Positions 36,798 to 41,399 of a stretch of DNA of 41,399 nt are shown in pieces (position 1 is the stretch's first letter; every line of letters begins with the position of its first letter). This DNA comes from Anaerolineae bacterium (GTDB lineage: Bacteria; Chloroflexota; Anaerolineae; Anaerolineales; RBG-16-64-43). The DNA is taken from the NCBI GenBank assembly GCA_041479415.1, contig JBGOXY010000001.1, positions 1 to 41,399 of the forward strand, written 5' to 3'. Below the pieces are notes generated by a model, which had not been told where the DNA came from, did not search any database, and saw only the letters and a list, made by a program, of their open reading frames with translations. Made by a program: the position numbers and the translations under genes.

Positions 36798-39641
36798 ATG
36801 AATCGGTACAGTTGCACGCTTTTCATTTGTAGTGCGGGACGCTATACTAAATGGCAATCTAAGTTCTGCCGTGGAGCCGCCTCGCGCGGAACCTTGAGCG
36901 CTTCGTGGTTCGCCCGTCTGCGTAGTCAATTCTTCGCGATCAATATCCTGGTTGTGATTCTGGCCACGCTGGCCGGCGTCCTTGTCATTACCCAGCAGTC
37001 GGGAAACCTCTCGCGCGAACTGCTGGGCGATCACATGGCCGAGCTGGCGTACTCGCTCGGCGGGAGCCTCGACCGGGCCGCTGATCTGCCTGGGCTGCAG
37101 GCTGAACTCGACTCCTTTTTCCGCGCCCGACGCATCCCCTCCAGTATGCTGCTCATTACCGATGGCCAGGGCACGATCGTGGCCTCGACCCACAGCGACT
37201 ACATCAACCGGCCGTGGGCCGAGGTGCTGCCCGATACCCAGCTCCCGCAGCCAGACGGGGTGTGCAACGGCAATCCAGACCCCGCGTGCCGCGCAGACCT
37301 GTTCGAACTAGACCTGCGCACGGGCCGCGCCTTCGACATGGCTCGTCTCCTGGCCAGCCCACGTCCTGCCGGGCAGCCACAATGGGTCGCCCATTACATC
37401 GTCTCGCAGAGCGCATTCAATCTGGCGGTCAGCCGGACGATTCTCCTCGGCCTGAGCGTCATGATTGCGCTGCTCGTTTTCTTGCTGATCCTCGAGCTGG
37501 CGCTCTTCAACAGTCACGTCTTCCGCCCGCTGGAGGAGTTGGTTGTGGCCAACGAGGCCTTCGCCGAAGGGCGCACTCGCGAGGGCCATCTCAAACCCAG
37601 CCCGGGCATGTCGCCCGAGATCATCAACCTCATCGAAAGCCGCGAGAAGCTGCTCAACGGCCTCGAGACTCTTCTTGAGTGCTCGAGCGCCATGTTGACC
37701 ACCCGCACTCCGGAAGAGGTGGCCTCCACCCTGGTCACCTACCTGGCGCGCTCGCTGGGTGTGAGCCGCGGCATCGTCTGGCTGGCCGATCGGGCCACCG
37801 GCGCGTTTGTGCCCTCGGCCTCCTGCGGCGCGCAGCCCGATACGCTCCCCGAGCTCAGCCTGCCCGAGCAAGGCCCACCGCTGGAAGCCGCGCCGCGCGT
37901 GGTGCACGACGACCCCACCTTGCGCTCGCTGGGGCTGGCCAGCGCACTGGTCGTGCCAATACATGCCGACCAGGAAGTGATCGGCGTCGCGGCGGTGGAG
38001 GCCCCTGGCCGCGAGCTGACCACGGTCGAGATGCGCCAGACGCACACCTTCTCTCACTATGCGGCGTTGGCCCTGGAACGGCTGCGCTTGTATCAGCACA
38101 TTCAGGAAGAGGGCAGCCAGATGGGCCTGCTCGCCCAATTGGCCGCCCGCCTGGCCACCGAGCGCGACACCGAAGCGCTGTTGCAGCGCGCGTGCAAGGA
38201 GACCCGTCAACTTGTGCTGGCACATGCGGTGGCTGTATTCGTCGCGGAGGCCGATGGGCTGCGCCTGGCCGCCCAAGATGGGCTGGACGGGACGAGTATG
38301 AGCTCCGGGGCGCTCTTCCCCGCGCCGTGGCTGGCGGAGGTACGCGGGGTTCCCGGCCCGCTATCGCTCGACGACATTGCCATCGAGCGGCGGGACCTGT
38401 ACGACCAAGGGGTCCCCCCCGAGGTCAAATCGCTGGTGATCTTCCGCCTGAGCCTGTCCAATCAATTCCACGGGGTTCTCCTCTTCCTGTTCGAGGAGGC
38501 CCACCGTGCCTCCTCGCTCGAGAAGGCCGTCGGCGAGACTCTGGCCACGCTGCTCGGCTCGCTGCTCGAAAACGCCACCGCCTTCGCTGCCCTGCAGCAC
38601 CAACGCTCGCTGCTGATGACCGTCAGCGAGGTGGGGACCGAGATCAGTTCGATTCTGGATCCGGCGGTGCTTTACAACCGGGTGTGCGATCTTCTGGCGG
38701 CGCGCTTGGGTTTCGAACACGCACATATTCTGATCATTGAGGATGAGGGGCGGACGGCCCGCTTCGTGGGCGGCTCCGGGCCGCTCGGCCGCCGCCAGGT
38801 TGCTCAGGGCGACCGCGTCTCCGTGGCGGCCAAGAGCATCAACAGCCATGTGATGAATACGCAGCGCCCCTACCTATCCCAGAATGTGCTTGAGGACGAA
38901 TACTATCTGGAGGTCGACAGCCTGCCCGGCATCCGCGCCGAGATGACTTTGCCAATCCTCTCGGCCGGCACGCTGTTGGGCATGCTCGATGTGCAAGCCA
39001 CCCGAGTGGGGGCCTTTACCGAAGACGATCAATTCGTCCTACAGATCGTTGTTGAGCAGCTGGCCAATGCCATCCTCAATGCGCGGCAGCACGAGGCGCT
39101 GCGCGAACAGGCTCGCCGCGACAGCCTGACCCAGGTGCTCAGCCACGGTGCATTCGTGGTCGAACTCGAGGCAGCGGTGGGCCAGTCGCGCGCCACGCGC
39201 GGCGAACTCAGCCTGGTCATGCTGGATATCGATCACTTCAAGGAGTACAACGACCAGTTCGGTCACGTGGCCGGCGACGCTGCCTTGCTGAGCACGGTGG
39301 ACGCCATCCGCCGCCATATCAAACACGGAGACTTGCTGGGGCGCTGGGGCGGCGAGGAGTTTTCCATCGCCCTGATTAGCGCGAGCCGCACGCAGGCCAT
39401 GTCGGTCGCCAATCGTATTCAGAGCACGCTGGCCGAGCTGCGCCCGGTCGACTCGCTGGGCCGGCAGATGCCCTCGCCCACGGTCAGCCAGGGTATCGCC
39501 GGCCTGGGCGAAGACGCCAAGGACGCATTCGCCTTGGTGGATGTCGCCGACCGCGCCCTGTACCGCGCCAAGGATCGGGGCCGCAATCAGATCCAATTGG
39601 CCGACTCCGAGGACCGGGTTCCACGCGCAACTGCCCCTTGA
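36798..39641 (+). CDS. diguanylate cyclase with periplasmic sensor region, HAMP-like linker and multiple GAF domains
   Basis: 947-aa ORF with two TM segments flanking an extracytoplasmic region of about 170 aa. About three GAF-like units follow. The C-terminal GGDEF domain has an active-site GGEEF (39348-39362). The I-site reads KHGD rather than RxxD. The start is uncertain: ATG 36798 or TTG 36894. Confidence 0.88.
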   Translation: MNRYSCTLFICSAGRYTKWQSKFCRGAASRGTLSASWFARLRSQFFAINILVVILATLAGVLVITQQSGNLSRELLGDHMAELAYSLGGSLDRAADLPGLQAELDSFFRARRIPSSMLLITDGQGTIVASTHSDYINRPWAEVLPDTQLPQPDGVCNGNPDPACRADLFELDLRTGRAFDMARLLASPRPAGQPQWVAHYIVSQSAFNLAVSRTILLGLSVMIALLVFLLILELALFNSHVFRPLEELVVANEAFAEGRTREGHLKPSPGMSPEIINLIESREKLLNGLETLLECSSAMLTTRTPEEVASTLVTYLARSLGVSRGIVWLADRATGAFVPSASCGAQPDTLPELSLPEQGPPLEAAPRVVHDDPTLRSLGLASALVVPIHADQEVIGVAAVEAPGRELTTVEMRQTHTFSHYAALALERLRLYQHIQEEGSQMGLLAQLAARLATERDTEALLQRACKETRQLVLAHAVAVFVAEADGLRLAAQDGLDGTSMSSGALFPAPWLAEVRGVPGPLSLDDIAIERRDLYDQGVPPEVKSLVIFRLSLSNQFHGVLLFLFEEAHRASSLEKAVGETLATLLGSLLENATAFAALQHQRSLLMTVSEVGTEISSILDPAVLYNRVCDLLAARLGFEHAHILIIEDEGRTARFVGGSGPLGRRQVAQGDRVSVAAKSINSHVMNTQRPYLSQNVLEDEYYLEVDSLPGIRAEMTLPILSAGTLLGMLDVQATRVGAFTEDDQFVLQIVVEQLANAILNARQHEALREQARRDSLTQVLSHGAFVVELEAAVGQSRATRGELSLVMLDIDHFKEYNDQFGHVAGDAALLSTVDAIRRHIKHGDLLGRWGGEEFSIALISASRTQAMSVANRIQSTLAELRPVDSLGRQMPSPTVSQGIAGLGEDAKDAFALVDVADRALYRAKDRGRNQIQLADSEDRVPRATAP

Positions 39642-39665
39642 CGCTTCGGCCGAATGGGGTAAAAT
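39638..39665 (+). promoter_or_regulatory. sigma70-type promoter TTGACG-N16-TAAAAT upstream of pyrC-pyrB
   Basis: -35 at 39638-39643 (overlapping the cyclase TGA), a 16-nt spacer, and -10 TAAAAT at 39660-39665. Confidence 0.55.
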
Positions 39666-39765
39666 CGCGCCCGATCACCTTATGGGCCGGACGCCATTCC
39701 CCCCGATTGCGCCACACAGAGTTCCACCTGTCACGTTGCCCCCATTGTTGCGCACGACTTCCATC

Positions 39766-39790
39766 GAGAGCCGAAAGGCTCTCTTTTTTT
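39766..39790 (+). terminator. intrinsic terminator in the pyrC leader (candidate attenuator)
   Basis: GAGAGCC-GAAA-GGCTCTC is followed by TTTTTTT, which is very conspicuous in this GC-rich DNA. It ends 37 nt before ATG 39828 and lies downstream of the predicted promoter. Confidence 0.75.
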
Positions 39791-39827
39791 GCCTGGTGCC
39801 GGCCGCCGGGCATTCGGGGAGGCAGGC

Positions 39828-40883
39828 ATGCTGACACTCCCAGGGCTCATCGACCCGCACGTGCACATGCGCGAACCGGGCGCGACGCACAAGGAGGACT
39901 GGGCTAGCGGTACCGCCGCGGCCCTGGCAGGTGGGTTTACGCTGGTGTTGGCCATGCCCAACACTCAACCTCCGGTGGTGGATGCCCGTTCGCTGGCTGC
40001 GGCGCGGGCCGCGGCCAAGGCCGGCGCGCGCTGCGATTTTGGGCTGTACCTGGGCGGCTCGGTGGACAACGTGAGGCAGGCCGCCGGCTTGGCAGGTGGC
40101 ACGGCGGGGCTCAAACTCTACCTCGATCAGACTTACGGCCCGTTGCGCCTCGACGAACTCACGGCCATCGCCGCTCACCTGGCTCACTGGCCGCCCACCC
40201 GCCCAATCGTCGCCCACGCCGAGGGGCGTAGCCTGGCCATGGTCATGGCCCTGGCCCAGCTGCATCGCCGCCGGCTGCACGTGGCCCACCTCAGCCGCGC
40301 CGACGAGATCGCCCTGGTGCGCTTGGCCAAGCAGCGCGGCTGGCGCGTCACATGCGAGGTGACACCCCACCATCTCTTCTTATGCGAGGAGGATCTGCCG
40401 GCGCTTGGTCCGGGCCGGGGAGAGGTGCGGCCGCGCCTGGCCTCCCGCGCCGACCAGCAGGCATTGTGGAAGAACCTGACGGTGATCGATTGCTTCGCCA
40501 GCGATCATGCACCCCATACGCTGGCCGAGAAAGACGGCCCAACGCCCCCGCCCGGCTTCCCTGGGTTGGAGACAGCACTGGCGCTGTTGCTCGGCGCGGT
40601 CCACGAGCGACGATTGACCCGCTCCATGCTCGTCGAACGCATGGTGAATAATCCGCGACGGATTTTCGGCCTGCGCGCTCAGCCTCAAACGTCGGTGGAA
40701 GTGGACGAGCGTGCGCGCTGGGAGGTGCGTGCCGCCAAGATGCATTCGCGCTGTGCTTGGTCGCCATTCGAAGGGTACCTGGTGCGCGGGCGCGTCACGC
40801 GAGTCGTCTTGCGTGGGAACGAGGCTGTGCGCGACGGCGAGATTCGGGCCGCGCCGGGGTATGGGCGCAATGTTTTTGGCTAG
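39828..40883 (+). CDS. pyrC: dihydroorotase
   Basis: ORF 39789-40883, trimmed to ATG 39828 (GGGGAGG upstream). Motifs are LPGLIDPHVHMREPG, AGLKLYL (candidate carboxylated Lys), VAHAEG, CEVTPHHL and FASDHAPH. Confidence 0.9.
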   Translation: MLTLPGLIDPHVHMREPGATHKEDWASGTAAALAGGFTLVLAMPNTQPPVVDARSLAAARAAAKAGARCDFGLYLGGSVDNVRQAAGLAGGTAGLKLYLDQTYGPLRLDELTAIAAHLAHWPPTRPIVAHAEGRSLAMVMALAQLHRRRLHVAHLSRADEIALVRLAKQRGWRVTCEVTPHHLFLCEEDLPALGPGRGEVRPRLASRADQQALWKNLTVIDCFASDHAPHTLAEKDGPTPPPGFPGLETALALLLGAVHERRLTRSMLVERMVNNPRRIFGLRAQPQTSVEVDERARWEVRAAKMHSRCAWSPFEGYLVRGRVTRVVLRGNEAVRDGEIRAAPGYGRNVFG

Positions 40884-40895
40884 GCCGTTGGGATG

Positions 40896-40946
40896 TCATT
40901 GCGAGGAGCGAAGCCCCGCGCAGCGGGGCGGTGCGACAAAGCAATC
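40896..40946. repeat. short GC-rich palindromic intergenic element (single copy in this window)
   Basis: GTCATTGCGAGGAGCGAAG-[CCCCGCGCAGCGGGGCGGTG]-CGACAAAGCAATC. The outer arms pair ATTGC with GCAAT. The inner perfect hairpin is GCCCCGC-GCA-GCGGGGC. It translates to the strings HCEERS / VIARSEA...RQSNL, which I recall from spurious ORFs over similar repeats in other genomes. Confidence 0.4.
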
Positions 40947-40992
40947 TTGGATAAACCCGCAAACGACCCGCTCTTCATCCTAAGGAGGTTCA

Positions 40993-41399
40993 ATGGTCAC
41001 ACCCGCAAATAACCCACACCTGCCCCTCGGCGATCAGCGCAGCGCCCCCTGGTACGGCAAAGATATCCTGACCGTGCGCCAGTTCAACCGCGAGGACCTC
41101 GAATATGTCTTTGCGGTGGCTCACGAGATGCGCACGATGGTCGAGCGGGTAGGCACCTTCGACCTGCTCAAGGGCAAGATCCTGGCCAATCTGTTCTACG
41201 AACCTTCCACGCGAACCTCCACATCTTTTGTCTCGGCCATGGAACGGCTGGGTGGCAGCGTGATCCAGATCAACGAGGTGCGCTACTCCTCGGTGGCCAA
41301 GGGCGAGTCGCTGCCCGATACGGTGCGCACTCTCGAGTGCTACGCGGATGTCATCGTCATCCGCCATCCGGAGGTGGGCTCGGCCGCCACCGCTGCTCA
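40993..41399 (+). CDS. pyrB: aspartate carbamoyltransferase catalytic subunit (partial; runs off the right window edge)
   Basis: Absent from the ORF track because the frame is open to the edge. AAGGAGG at 40982-40988 precedes ATG 40993. The translation is [40 protein letters not shown]...[13 protein letters not shown]...[21 protein letters not shown], with the ATCase STRT signature. Confidence 0.88.
   Translation, partial: MVTPANNPHLPLGDQRSAPWYGKDILTVRQFNREDLEYVFAVAHEMRTMVERVGTFDLLKGKILANLFYEPSTRTSTSFVSAMERLGGSVIQINEVRYSSVAKGESLPDTVRTLECYADVIVIRHPEVGSAATAA

Noticed and set aside
35791-38276. Minus-strand ORFs 35791-36798 (335 aa), 36294-37193 (299 aa) and 37308-38276 (322 aa)
   Set aside because: They are antisense to the anti-sigma, Nudix and GGDEF genes, which carry an unambiguous Nudix box and GGEEF motif. 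No independent support exists.
39330-39362. Degenerate I-site (KHGD instead of RxxD) upstream of GGEEF in the cyclase
   Set aside because: It is real in the sequence, but loss or variation of the RxxD inhibitory site is common among GGDEF proteins. It is recorded in the feature evidence only.
39740-39783. Possible PyrR-binding loop (UUCCAUCGAGAGCC resembles UCCAGAGAGGCU)
   Set aside because: The similarity is partial. It lies in the 5' arm of the terminator itself rather than in a separate anti-antiterminator hairpin, which does not fit the known PyrR mechanism. It needs a covariance-model test before any claim.
40990-41367. Minus-strand ORF of 125 aa at the right edge
   Set aside because: The plus strand here encodes an obvious aspartate carbamoyltransferase N-terminus with an RBS. 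The track lacks that frame only because it stays open to the window edge.

Overview
A 41.4-kb, high-GC window that reads as core bacterial chromosome. The gene content and protein repeat types look Chloroflexota-like, but that is a low-confidence guess. I support 33 protein-coding genes, two of them cut by the window edges and absent from the ORF track because their frames stay open to the edge. Minus strand, left: a peptide/nickel-type ABC importer locus (two solute-binding proteins, two ATPases, two permeases) followed by a c-type cytochrome, then trmD. Plus strand: a tightly packed unit of AP-superfamily membrane phosphodiesterase/transferase-like gene, maf, class B PBP and rsgA. It is followed by a duplicated LGFP-like lipoprotein and a cold-shock protein. 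Next come pheS-pheT behind a clear T-box leader, an FHA tail-anchored protein, sppA and an unknown membrane protein. The conserved rpsB-tsf-pyrH-frr-uppS-cdsA block follows, then a translationally coupled memo-CNNM/corC-priA unit. Last are an ECF sigma, anti-sigma and Zn-ribbon Nudix unit, a large GAF-GGDEF protein, and pyrC-pyrB. I found no tRNA, rRNA, CRISPR array, transposase, integrase or recognisable defence genes. Several sigma70-type promoters and intrinsic terminators can be read directly. I see no convincing evidence for a novel multi-gene system. The best leads are: (1) maf has no canonical start codon and lies in frame behind the upstream gene's TAA; (2) a promoter, terminator and leader-ORF arrangement ahead of pyrC-pyrB that looks like an attenuator; (3) the coupled ECF sigma/anti-sigma/Nudix unit next to a diguanylate cyclase; (4) an AP-superfamily membrane enzyme with unusual topology in one unit with maf, the PBP and rsgA. 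Most long ORFs antisense to these genes are high-GC shadow frames and were rejected.
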